The notes below the pieces were generated by a model that was not told the origin of the DNA, did not search any database, and was given only the letters and a program-made list of their open reading frames with translations. The position numbers were made by a program, and so were the translations under genes. From a virus (taxonomy: Duplodnaviria > Heunggongvirae > Uroviricota > Caudoviricetes), in IMG/VR virus record IMGVR_UViG_3300032308_002078, positions 80,073 through 144,072 of that record: DNA of 64,000 nucleotides; one strand, given 5' to 3'. Every line of letters begins with the position of its first letter. The first letter of the stretch is position 1. Below, in pieces: positions 29,078 to 37,974 of the stretch.

Positions 29078-30991
29078 ATGCTTAACGAACGTAACCTTAC
29101 CAAAGCAGAATTAGAGAAAAGAGAAGAAATTCTTAAAAATCTTAAAAAAGAAAAAAAATCCCTAGTTAAACGCTATGGTAAGGATGCGGAAGCAGTTATG
29201 TATGGAAGAGCTACCAACATAGCTAAAAAACAAGCTGAATCAATGAACAAAGAAAAACTAAAAGAACTCGTTAGAAAAACCTTACAACAGGAATCTAATT
29301 CTGAACCCACTACAATGGATGAAACTAGACTTTTTGATAATCTTTTTGTTAAAGTACAAAAAGAATTAGAAAATAAAGGCATTGTTGATGGTAATGACTT
29401 AATGCATCAATTTAAGACAAGAAAAACTTTAGAAAATATAAATAAAAAATTATCATTATATGATTTGATCTTTTCAAAAGGATTTAGTCCTGAAGAGCGA
29501 AAAAATTACGATTTTAATTTAATAAAATATTTTGAAACCCCTCAATTCTCAGCTGAAGATATTCAATCATATATAAATAATTCAAACAGTCCTATAAGTC
29601 TTGGAGATGCTATAGAAGGCTTACTTGAAAAATATGAAGATTATAAATCTGAAATGGGTGAAGGTAAAAAAGAAGATGTTACTGGCCCAAAAGGCAAACC
29701 AGATGGTAAAATTAATTCTCTAGATTACTTAGCTAAACGTAATACTGCTATTGAAAAGGCAAAAGGCAAAATAAAAGAAGCAAACATGCCTCAAGTAGAT
29801 CAAAACATGACTACTCAAGAAGCATCAGGGCATGCTGAAAGATTTGCTAAGTATATGTCTAATAAAGAAGGTGAAAATTTTTCAGTTACTATGGGTTCAG
29901 TTGATGGCCCATCATTTGATTTAGATTTAGATGGTGAACCATATGAAGGCGGTAGTTATATTATAACTGTAGACGGAGATATTGTTAACACAGCATTGTC
30001 TGGTAATCCTGTTTATGCTAACACTACAATGTTAGGCAATGATGATAAACCTTTTACTCCTCCTTCTGATCCTATTATGGATAGAATTAGAGCAGCAATG
30101 AAAAGAGATGTCAAAAAAGCACCTGTTAAAGAATATAATTTTGTTCCATCAGATGAATCTTTAGCTTTAACTTTTAGAAGTAAAGATGAATTTGAAAGAG
30201 CAAAAGAACACTTTGCATCTTCTTCAGATTTCCATCCTTTTGATATAAACGATGAATTTAAAACTTTCTTTTTTGAAGTTGAAGATCAAGCAGATGCTGA
30301 CAGTACTGAGTTTTATTTAACTCAAGAATTAGAAGGTGAAACTGATTTACAAGGATATTATTTTTCTATGGAACCTTCACCATTAAGTGAAGATATTGAC
30401 TTAGGTCATGAAGATAATGAGCCACATATGATTAAAGGTGAATTATACCAAATTGGTAAATACGCTATGAAATTATATGCTACATTAGAAGAATTAGAAG
30501 AAACAGGTGAGGAAATTGATTTCCCAGCTTGGTGGCAATCAAAAATTACCACAGCTAAAAATATGATGTCAAGTGCTAGACACTATCTTGATTTTGAATT
30601 AAAAGAACCATACATTGATGCTGCTGTAGACGCTGCAACAGGTGAAGCACCTCATATGGGTGAACCAATGATGGAAGCTGAAATTAGTGCTGAAGAAACA
30701 TTAGCTGTTAAAATTGCTAAAGCTCTTAAAGCAGAAGTTAACAAAGAGGCCTCAGATCAAAGCAACCTTAAACAAGCTAGAAAAGCTATGAATGATGGTA
30801 ATATAAAAGCTGCTAAAAAAATAGCTGAGCCTTATTTAGATGAAGATGTAGTTCCTGGCTCTAACATTAAAAAAGATAGTAAAGGAAAATGGAGAGTTTT
30901 ATCTGGTAAAACAGGTAAAAGGTGGCCTCAAACTTATGATTCTAAAAAAGATGCTGAAGATGCTTTACAAGCTTACCATGCTAATAAATAA
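29078..30991 (+). CDS. Modular putative internal head polyprotein
   Basis: 637 aa. Modules begin after MGE, IKE, VKE, LSE, MME and LDE sites. Confidence 0.6.
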   Translation: MLNERNLTKAELEKREEILKNLKKEKKSLVKRYGKDAEAVMYGRATNIAKKQAESMNKEKLKELVRKTLQQESNSEPTTMDETRLFDNLFVKVQKELENKGIVDGNDLMHQFKTRKTLENINKKLSLYDLIFSKGFSPEERKNYDFNLIKYFETPQFSAEDIQSYINNSNSPISLGDAIEGLLEKYEDYKSEMGEGKKEDVTGPKGKPDGKINSLDYLAKRNTAIEKAKGKIKEANMPQVDQNMTTQEASGHAERFAKYMSNKEGENFSVTMGSVDGPSFDLDLDGEPYEGGSYIITVDGDIVNTALSGNPVYANTTMLGNDDKPFTPPSDPIMDRIRAAMKRDVKKAPVKEYNFVPSDESLALTFRSKDEFERAKEHFASSSDFHPFDINDEFKTFFFEVEDQADADSTEFYLTQELEGETDLQGYYFSMEPSPLSEDIDLGHEDNEPHMIKGELYQIGKYAMKLYATLEELEETGEEIDFPAWWQSKITTAKNMMSSARHYLDFELKEPYIDAAVDAATGEAPHMGEPMMEAEISAEETLAVKIAKALKAEVNKEASDQSNLKQARKAMNDGNIKAAKKIAEPYLDEDVVPGSNIKKDSKGKWRVLSGKTGKRWPQTYDSKKDAEDALQAYHANK

Positions 30992-30994
30992 AAA

Positions 30995-31462
30995 ATGACT
31001 AAAGACGAATTAAAGGAAAAAATTAAGGCACTTGTAAAACAAGTTTACAAACCTGATACTTTATCTGTTAACACAGATGTTGATGTTACCTTAGATGCTC
31101 CTAAATTTCCTGTTCTATTAAAATTCCCAGAATTAAAAGATATTATTGTTAATTTATTAACAGACCAATACGAAATTTTTATAACAGATATTCAGTGGGT
31201 TGCCCCAAAACCAACAACTTTTAGAGTTGTACTTGGTAATGGTGAACCTTTTATGTTAACTTATTCTCCAAGAAGTTGGATTGCTCAAATAGAAGGTAAA
31301 AAATACTATTTGTTAAATTTAAACGAAGAAGAATCAGCTACTGAAGCTATTGTTAGAATGTTAGCATATGGTGTAACAGAAGAAAAACCAGGCGGAACAG
31401 AAACACCTGAAGAAACACCAGCTGAAACTCCAGCAGCAGAAGAAACACCAGCAGAAGCATAA
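30995..31462 (+). CDS. Hypothetical protein with acidic PAEET tail
   Basis: N-terminus MTKDELKEKIKALVKQ; C-terminal ETPEETPAETPAAEETPAEA. Confidence 0.55.
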   Translation: MTKDELKEKIKALVKQVYKPDTLSVNTDVDVTLDAPKFPVLLKFPELKDIIVNLLTDQYEIFITDIQWVAPKPTTFRVVLGNGEPFMLTYSPRSWIAQIEGKKYYLLNLNEEESATEAIVRMLAYGVTEEKPGGTETPEETPAETPAAEETPAEA

Positions 31463-31464
31463 TT

Positions 31465-32439
31465 ATGGACGCACTAGATTTATTTTTTAAGAAGTTTTCA
31501 TATAAATTTCCAAAAGGATATCCTGACATGAATAATCCTGAGGATAAAAGATTATTATTTGAATTAGTAGGAAATGTTACTGGTAATAAAATTATTAGTG
31601 AAGCTCAAACTGATTATGATAACAGGATTCGTAAAGCTTTAGGGTTACAAGAAAATGAAAAGATTCCAACTTGTCAAACTCCCTTATCTTTAGGTACTGA
31701 TTTTAGTTTAGGTGGTAAAGATAAAGAAATTTGGTCTACATTATATCCTATTTTACCATTAAAAAAAGATAGTGAAGTTCCTACAGCAGGAGCTGGTAAA
31801 GGAGAAATAGCTACCTATTGGGCTTTTGAGTATAATACTAAAAGTCACACAGTAGTTGATTCTAGAAAAGGTGAAGATCCTGATTTAACTATTGATGGTT
31901 TTGGATGTGAAATTAAATCATATGATACCTCAAATATTACTTTAGGTAAGTTTGCTAATGATAAAGAAAACGTTGCTTTATTAAATAAAGTATTTGGTAT
32001 TCTAACATTATTTAGTGAGTTTGATGAAACAAAACAAATTACAATCAATCCAGGTAACTTTAAAGCTAAAGATATTGTTCCTGCATTTGCTATTATGGCT
32101 AGTTTTGAAAAAAACAAAGCATTAAGGGATGTAGAAATGTTTAAGCCTTTATATTCTCGTATTGATTCATTATATGCTAAATTAGGTTTATCATCTGATG
32201 CTACTGCTGAAGAAGGTGCAGCTAAACTTTTAAAAAGAATATTAAAAACTAAACTTTTTAAGAAACCAAGAATGGGCAAAGAAACAGGATATATCTTAAA
32301 CGTAAATGAAGCAGGACAAGGCAAGTTTTATCTTATAAATGATGCTGTAATAGATGCTATAGACATTGAAAATATATTAAATGGTGTTTATGTTTCATCC
32401 TCAGAATTAGGAATGAATTTCCCTAAATTATTTAAATAA
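31465..32439 (+). CDS. Putative PD-(D/E)xK restriction-endonuclease-fold protein
   Basis: GAGKGEIA...DPDLTIDGFGCEIKS motif. Confidence 0.5.
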   Translation: MDALDLFFKKFSYKFPKGYPDMNNPEDKRLLFELVGNVTGNKIISEAQTDYDNRIRKALGLQENEKIPTCQTPLSLGTDFSLGGKDKEIWSTLYPILPLKKDSEVPTAGAGKGEIATYWAFEYNTKSHTVVDSRKGEDPDLTIDGFGCEIKSYDTSNITLGKFANDKENVALLNKVFGILTLFSEFDETKQITINPGNFKAKDIVPAFAIMASFEKNKALRDVEMFKPLYSRIDSLYAKLGLSSDATAEEGAAKLLKRILKTKLFKKPRMGKETGYILNVNEAGQGKFYLINDAVIDAIDIENILNGVYVSSSELGMNFPKLFK

Positions 32440-32447
32440 TATTTATA
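32440..32447 (+). promoter_or_regulatory. Putative late promoter box TATTTATA
   Basis: Context TAATATTTATAATCATGAA is identical to the site at 37178. Confidence 0.55.
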
Positions 32448-32450
32448 ATC

Positions 32451-33068
32451 ATGAACTTAAGAAAATTAGTTAATGAGGTATTAGAAGGTAAAGATTGCTG
32501 TACAGCAACTAAACCTACTAAAGCACCTATATTAAATGAAAATTTAAAGTCGCGTATCTTGATGACTGAGAATATGCAATATCATATAGACAGTAAAAAA
32601 CCGTTATTTGAGACAACATTACCATATGGTTCTAAAGAATATTTAGACTTATGGGTTGAAGCAAGATATTTGTATTCTCGTGGTGTTTTAAACGTTGAAG
32701 GTATTGACAAAGAAAAAATTACTGAAACTCATTTAGGTGAATATGGAATATTTGAAGGACAAATGGTTCCTTTAGATATGCCTATGTTAGATGAAAATAT
32801 ATTAACAGAAGCAGAATACCAAGGACGTAAAGTTGAATTAAATAAACCAATGCAAGGTGATATTAAAAAATTCAAAGTATATGTTAAAAACGCTAAAGGT
32901 AAAGTTGTAAAAGTTAACTTTGGATTTGGTGGAAAATCAGCTAAAGGTAAGCGAATGGTAATTAAAGCTAAAAACCCTAAAGCTCGCGCCGCCTACAGAT
33001 CAAGACACCATTGTGACAATCCAGGACCAAAATGGAAAGCAAATTACTGGTCTTGTAAAAAATGGTAA
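32451..33068 (+). CDS. Putative internal head protein with basic Cys/His C-terminal module
   Basis: N-terminus MNLRKLVNEVLE. After LTE/A: KKFKVYV...VNFG...RSRHHCDNPGPKWKANYWSCKKW. Confidence 0.6.
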   Translation: MNLRKLVNEVLEGKDCCTATKPTKAPILNENLKSRILMTENMQYHIDSKKPLFETTLPYGSKEYLDLWVEARYLYSRGVLNVEGIDKEKITETHLGEYGIFEGQMVPLDMPMLDENILTEAEYQGRKVELNKPMQGDIKKFKVYVKNAKGKVVKVNFGFGGKSAKGKRMVIKAKNPKARAAYRSRHHCDNPGPKWKANYWSCKKW

Positions 33069-33069
33069 A

Positions 33070-33459
33070 ATGATAAAACTACAAGACATATTAAAACAAA
33101 TTCTTGAAGAAGAAAAAGTAAAACGTGACAGATGTTTAAGAATAGCTGACCGTAAATTTGATAAACCTTCTGCTTATAAATCAGGAGCTGTAGTTAGATG
33201 TCGTGCTGGAAAGATTTGGAAAGATATTAAAGAAGAAGAACTAAATGAAGATGAAAGTCTTCATAAATGGTTTAAACGTTCTGGTCCTAAAGGTAAAGAA
33301 GGTGGTTGGGTAGACTGTAATGCCCCTGATGGTAAAGGAGGATATAAAGCATGTGGTAGAAAAGAAGGTGAAAAACGTTCTAAATATCCTGCTTGTAGAC
33401 CTACTCCTGCTGGATGTAAAGCAAAAGGTAAAGGTAAAACATGGGGAAAAACAAAATGA
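33070..33459 (+). CDS. Putative internal head protein with basic Cys-rich modules (start moved from 33013)
   Basis: MIKLQDILKQILEE start follows the previous stop. Modules DRC...SAY.SG.VVRCR and LHKWFK...WVDC...KYPACRP. Confidence 0.6.
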   Translation: MIKLQDILKQILEEEKVKRDRCLRIADRKFDKPSAYKSGAVVRCRAGKIWKDIKEEELNEDESLHKWFKRSGPKGKEGGWVDCNAPDGKGGYKACGRKEGEKRSKYPACRPTPAGCKAKGKGKTWGKTK

Positions 33460-33881
33460 TAAACTTATTAGATATATTAAGTGAAGCAGAGGTAGCAAAA
33501 TGCCCTGCTCCTACTCAAAACATTGAATTAAACCTTCAGAATAGGCAGAAGGCAATTAATGAATATGGATACGGACCATTAAACCCAAATGAACCTAATG
33601 AGAAATTTTGGCAGGCTAAAGTTGATATGTGGAAGCTTGATTCTGCAGAAGAAGCCAAAAAATCACTTTGTGGTAACTGTGCTGCTTTTGATGTAACAAA
33701 AAAGACTTTAGATTGTATTGCTAAAGGAATAGGTAATGATGAAGGTTCTGAAGATCCTTTTGATGTTATTGAAGCTGGAGATTTAGGTTATTGCCGGTTC
33801 CTTAAATTTAAATGCGCCGCTGCTAGAACTTGTGATGCTTGGGTTGTTGGAGGTCCTATCACAGATGACAAAACCGTATAA
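33456..33881 (+). CDS. Cys-rich protein with HiPIP-like motif (start moved from 33441)
   Basis: MINLLDILSEA; CGNCAAF...GYCRFLKFKCAAARTCDAW. Confidence 0.55.
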   Translation: MINLLDILSEAEVAKCPAPTQNIELNLQNRQKAINEYGYGPLNPNEPNEKFWQAKVDMWKLDSAEEAKKSLCGNCAAFDVTKKTLDCIAKGIGNDEGSEDPFDVIEAGDLGYCRFLKFKCAAARTCDAWVVGGPITDDKTV

Positions 33882-34137
33882 AGACATAGAAAAAACAGAC
33901 AAATATATTATTAGGGAATTTGATGAAAACATTGACCCTATAGAATTGATGTGGCATAGGGATAATGAGGATAGAATAGTTGAAATCCTAGATCCAGGAC
34001 AAGGTTGGAAGCTTCAATTTGAAAATGAATTACCTTGGGATTTAGAACCCAACATGTCAATATGTATATTAAGACATGAGTGGCACCGAGTTATAAAAGG
34101 CGAGGGAAAACTTAAAATAAAAATAAATAAAGATTAA
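33865..34137 (+). CDS. Small cupin-like protein (start moved from 33832)
   Basis: WHRDNEDR and HEWHRVIKG metal-binding-type motifs. Confidence 0.55.
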   Translation: MTKPYKDIEKTDKYIIREFDENIDPIELMWHRDNEDRIVEILDPGQGWKLQFENELPWDLEPNMSICILRHEWHRVIKGEGKLKIKINKD

Positions 34138-34868
34138 TGGCCTCAATTTTCATGACCGGAGTAGGGCAATCCCTAACATCATCTTTTGATACATTTTGGG
34201 ATGCAAAAACTGTAGCTAATAACTATGGTTATGGTTATTTAGGATCATTCCCTCCAGTAACTCCAAATGTTAATTATACTTTAGATTCAGGAAGCGGAGC
34301 AAATACTGCTTCTAAACCTTTACAAATGTATACTCCATTCCCAGCATCAACTGTAAGAGGTAAATTGTATTTTTTAACAAATACTAACTTCACATCAGAT
34401 TATGCTGCTTTAAGTACAGCAGGTTTAAACCCTAACTTATTTACAGAAATTCAAATACCATCAACTGGTCAATATTATGTTATTACACCTTCATTAGAAA
34501 GTGCTATAGGGTCTACTCAACAATATGTAGTACAATATGCTTTTACTGATGAGGATGATTTATATAATAACGCTTGGAGAATACAAGTTCACGGAAGTAC
34601 AACAGATCCTATAACAACTCAAGCTAACTGGGTTGCTTTAACAGTAGCAGGAGGATGGAATTTAGCCCCTTACAACCTAGATCCAGTTGGAACACCAGGT
34701 GATAAAGCAAAAATTGTAGCTTCTATTTTAGGATATACACCAAAAAGTATAGCTTTACAATCATCAATTAACCCAAAAGTAAAAGGGGCAATGGTAGTTG
34801 CGGGTGCTGGAACTCCTTTTGATAACTTATCTTATAACAACATTGTTCCTTTAGTTTATAAAACTTAA
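34137..34868 (+). CDS. Hypothetical beta-rich, probably virion protein
   Basis: 243 aa, rich in Thr/Ser/Gly/Tyr. Confidence 0.5.
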   Translation: MASIFMTGVGQSLTSSFDTFWDAKTVANNYGYGYLGSFPPVTPNVNYTLDSGSGANTASKPLQMYTPFPASTVRGKLYFLTNTNFTSDYAALSTAGLNPNLFTEIQIPSTGQYYVITPSLESAIGSTQQYVVQYAFTDEDDLYNNAWRIQVHGSTTDPITTQANWVALTVAGGWNLAPYNLDPVGTPGDKAKIVASILGYTPKSIALQSSINPKVKGAMVVAGAGTPFDNLSYNNIVPLVYKT

Positions 34869-34886
34869 TAGGAATAAAATTTTATA

Positions 34887-34936
34887 GACTGATTCATAGC
34901 CAGTCGCTCGCAAGAGATAAAAATATGGTAGCTGTG
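34887..34936 (+). ncRNA. Candidate structured RNA / pseudoknot element
   Basis: GACTG/CAGTC stem with a 9-nt loop, CTC-GCAA-GAG GNRA hairpin, A-rich tail, and downstream segments complementary to the loop. Confidence 0.35.
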
Positions 34937-34961
34937 GCACCCCTAAAAAGGTGCCATTTTT
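34934..34961 (+). terminator. Rho-independent terminator
   Basis: TGGCACC-CCTAAAAA-GGTGCCA followed by TTTTT. Confidence 0.8.
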
Positions 34962-34963
34962 AA

Positions 34964-34993
34964 TTTGGCCTTTAACGTAAAGTATGATATATT
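34964..34993 (+). promoter_or_regulatory. Bipartite promoter TTTGG-N19-TATATT
   Basis: TTTGG at 34964-34968 and TATATT at 34988-34993. Confidence 0.6.
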
Positions 34994-34998
34994 AATAA

Positions 34999-36354
34999 AT
35001 GAACATGAATAAGAAAATTGTAATTGTAGGAGCAGGTGTAGCAGGTGTTAATGCTGCCACTAAATTAGTAGACAATGGTTACGATGGTAAATTAATTACC
35101 ATTATTGACATGGGTAAAGATCCTTATAATAGGAAACCTGAAGAAGTAATGACAGGTTTTCTAGGTGCTGGTGGTTGGTCTGATGGTAAATTGACTTATC
35201 ATACTGCAATTGGAGGTCAATTGTCAAAATATTGTGGTGAAAAGAAAGCAATGGAATTGATGGATGAAGTTATTAACAACTTTAAACGTTTTCATCCAAA
35301 ACCTGAAGAAGTACAATGTTCAAATCCTGTTAAAGAACCAGAATTTATTAAACCATATTTTGGTTTGAGATTGTTTCCTGTTTGGCACGTAGGTACAGAT
35401 TATTTATCTGAGATTGCTAAAAATTGGTACGATTATTTAGTATCTAAAGGTGTTAGATTCTTATGGGAAGAAAAAGTAACTGAAATTGATTTTAACATAA
35501 ATAGTTTAACAACTAGTATTTTGAATACAACTGATACTAGAATTATAAGTTATGATGAACTTATTTTTGCTGTAGGTAAATCAGGTATTGATTTTGCTCA
35601 ACAATTACAAGATAGTTACAAACTAGAAACTGAACCTAAATCAGTACAAATTGGTGTTCGATTTGAAGCACCACAAAAACACTTTCAGAAATTAATTGAT
35701 ATTAGTTATGACTTTAAATTGTATCGTAAGTTTGAAGATAAAGGTGTTTCATTAAGATCATTTTGTACTAATAATAACGCCGCTTATGTTGCTGTAGAAG
35801 AAACATATGGAGATCATAGTTACAATGGTCATGCTAAGAAAGATATGCGCTACCGAAATGATATGACCAACTTTGGTATCTTGATGGAAATTAATGGTAT
35901 TGAAAATCCATTCGAATGGTCAAGAAATGTTGTTAACAAATTACAATTTGGTGGAACTGGTTTGTATTATTCACCTACTCGTCTTCCATCTACAACATCT
36001 GAGGGTGAAAAAGTTACTGCTTTTCCTATTAATACTTTAAAAGGTGTTAAAGAAATTATGGGTGAATATTGGGACTATATTGAAGATTTTATTACAGATA
36101 TGAAAAAAGTATTTCCAACATTACAAAATGATTGGGGTGTTTATATTCCTGAGGTAAAATACCTTTCACCTGAACCACTAGTTTATCCAAGTGATTTAGC
36201 TTTAGTTGATTATCCAAATGTTCACTTTGTAGGAGATGCTTTATCAGCTCGCGGCATTACAGTTTCAGGAGCACAAGGTATTTTATCTGTTGAAAAATTA
36301 GTTAAGGCAGAAGATTGGGATACTATTAATGGGGATTTGATTAACTGGAGATAA
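34999..36354 (+). CDS. FAD/NAD(P)-dependent oxidoreductase (COG2509-like)
   Basis: IVIVGAGVAG dinucleotide-binding motif, GAGGWSDGKL, RSFCTN...NGH...TNFGIL and VGD..S.RGI..S motifs. Confidence 0.8.
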   Translation: MNMNKKIVIVGAGVAGVNAATKLVDNGYDGKLITIIDMGKDPYNRKPEEVMTGFLGAGGWSDGKLTYHTAIGGQLSKYCGEKKAMELMDEVINNFKRFHPKPEEVQCSNPVKEPEFIKPYFGLRLFPVWHVGTDYLSEIAKNWYDYLVSKGVRFLWEEKVTEIDFNINSLTTSILNTTDTRIISYDELIFAVGKSGIDFAQQLQDSYKLETEPKSVQIGVRFEAPQKHFQKLIDISYDFKLYRKFEDKGVSLRSFCTNNNAAYVAVEETYGDHSYNGHAKKDMRYRNDMTNFGILMEINGIENPFEWSRNVVNKLQFGGTGLYYSPTRLPSTTSEGEKVTAFPINTLKGVKEIMGEYWDYIEDFITDMKKVFPTLQNDWGVYIPEVKYLSPEPLVYPSDLALVDYPNVHFVGDALSARGITVSGAQGILSVEKLVKAEDWDTINGDLINWR

Positions 36355-36355
36355 G

Positions 36356-36385
36356 TTTGGCTTTTTATAAAAAAGATGTTATATT
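36356..36385 (+). promoter_or_regulatory. Bipartite promoter TTTGG-N19-TATATT
   Basis: TTTGG at 36356-36360 and TATATT at 36380-36385. Confidence 0.6.
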
Positions 36386-36391
36386 AATATT

Positions 36392-36646
36392 ATGAGTGAT
36401 AAAAATAAATTTCAACCAAGTAAAAAATTAGTTAAGACTGATGGTACTATTGCTTGGGTATGGGAAGGCAAATTACATAATATGGAAGGTCCAGCATTGA
36501 TTCCTGAAGGTGATAATCGTAAACGTGAATATCATATTCATGGAATTAAATATACAGAAGATGGTTGGAAAGAAGCAAGACGTAATCGTGAAGGTTTGCC
36601 TTGGTATAAAACAGCAGCAGGACAAGCAGGTCAAAATAGAAACTAA
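36392..36646 (+). CDS. Small hypothetical protein with an LH.xxGPA repeat unit
   Basis: GKLHNMEGPALI...EYHIHG. Confidence 0.5.
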   Translation: MSDKNKFQPSKKLVKTDGTIAWVWEGKLHNMEGPALIPEGDNRKREYHIHGIKYTEDGWKEARRNREGLPWYKTAAGQAGQNRN

Positions 36647-36648
36647 TT

Positions 36649-37179
36649 ATGAAGATAGGATTATGTGGAACAATGAGTGTAGGTAAAACTACATTAGTAA
36701 ATGCTTTAAAAGAATTACCTGAATTTGTAGATTATAATTTTGCTACTGAGCGTTCTAAGTATTTACGTGATTTAGGTATTCCATTGAATACTGATTCAAC
36801 ATTAAAAGGTCAGTTTATATTTTTAGCTGAACGTTGTGCTGAGTTAATGAATGAAAACATTATTACAGATAGAACAGTAATTGATGTTATGGCGTTTACT
36901 AAAGCGGCTAAATCAATTAACTACTATGATGCTGAGGCGTTTTGTGATGCTGCTTATAAATTAGTTGGAGAATATGATTATATATTTTATGTATCTCCTG
37001 TTGGTGTTGAAATGGAAGATAATGGTGTTCGTGAAACTGATTTAAAATACAGAGAAACTATTGATAGTATTATTCATTTAATTCTATATAGAAGTAATCA
37101 TAAAATTAAAAAACTTGTTGAATTATCAGGTACTACTGAAGAACGTATAGCTAAAATTAAAGAAACAATTTTTGGATAA
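36649..37179 (+). CDS. P-loop nucleoside/nucleotide kinase (NadR/AAA_28-like)
   Basis: IGLCGTMSVGKTT, ITDRTVID, YDYIFY and DNGVR motifs. Confidence 0.7.
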   Translation: MKIGLCGTMSVGKTTLVNALKELPEFVDYNFATERSKYLRDLGIPLNTDSTLKGQFIFLAERCAELMNENIITDRTVIDVMAFTKAAKSINYYDAEAFCDAAYKLVGEYDYIFYVSPVGVEMEDNGVRETDLKYRETIDSIIHLILYRSNHKIKKLVELSGTTEERIAKIKETIFG

Positions 37180-37190
37180 TATTTATAATC

Positions 37191-37631
37191 ATGAAATTGT
37201 CCAAGTTAAAATCTGAGATTAAAGAATATATTGTAGAAATTTTATCTGAAGTAGATGATACAGCAACTGAAAAAGCAGCTAACACAGCTGCTATTAATGC
37301 TGAAAAATTAAAAATTAAAGCTTCACAAGAAAAACTTGCAAATTTACAAAAAGGAGTCACTGAATCAGAAGATGAAGATAGAGAACCTACTAAAGCAGAA
37401 TTAGAAAAGGAAAAAGTAAAAACCGTTTCTAAATTTAAAGTTAGTAATGATGATTTCCAAGACTTTAAAACTAAATTATCTACATTAGTTAAAAAAATTA
37501 AGGCAATGGAAAAAGGAGCTGAAAAAGATAAAAAAATGGCTGCCTTAAAACAATTTATTAAGAAACCAGAATTAGTTAAAGCGTTTAAAGAAAGAGACGT
37601 TAAAATTGATACTGGTGATTTGGTTGGATAA
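37191..37631 (+). CDS. Putative internal head protein
   Basis: N-terminus MKLSKLKSEIKEYIVEILSE; preceded by TATTTATA at 37180. Confidence 0.55.
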   Translation: MKLSKLKSEIKEYIVEILSEVDDTATEKAANTAAINAEKLKIKASQEKLANLQKGVTESEDEDREPTKAELEKEKVKTVSKFKVSNDDFQDFKTKLSTLVKKIKAMEKGAEKDKKMAALKQFIKKPELVKAFKERDVKIDTGDLVG

Positions 37632-37632
37632 T

Positions 37633-37974
37633 ATGAAAAAAACACTATTGATAATAGTTGTAATAGGACTGGTAGGTTTAATCGCCTACCAGTTATTTGT
37701 TTATAAACAAGGTTACTCTTCAATTAAAGAAGAACAATATAAAAAAACAGTTGATTCTTTAGTTCTTGAAATTGAAAAAAAAGATGTAAAAATTGCCTCT
37801 TTAGACTCAACAAGAGGAATTTTAGATTCATTACTCATTTCCGATAAAGCTAAATTAGCAGAACTTGCTAAAAAAGCTGAACAATATAGAAAAAAATATG
37901 ATAAAGAACGTAATCGCCTTCATGATATGTCTGATGATGATGTCATCAGCGAGTTCTCAAAAGCTTTTGAATGA
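37633..37974 (+). CDS. Membrane-anchored coiled-coil protein, i-spanin-like (start moved from 37606)
   Basis: MKKTLLIIVVIGLVGLIAYQLF transmembrane helix followed by a coiled coil. Confidence 0.5.
   Translation: MKKTLLIIVVIGLVGLIAYQLFVYKQGYSSIKEEQYKKTVDSLVLEIEKKDVKIASLDSTRGILDSLLISDKAKLAELAKKAEQYRKKYDKERNRLHDMSDDDVISEFSKAFE

Noticed and set aside
34887-34936. SAM-II riboswitch (shares the words CUGAUU, GCAAG, GAUAAA, GUAGCU)
   Set aside because: The P1 partner that SAM-II needs after GCAA is absent. The local stems give a different topology, so only a generic pseudoknot candidate is kept.
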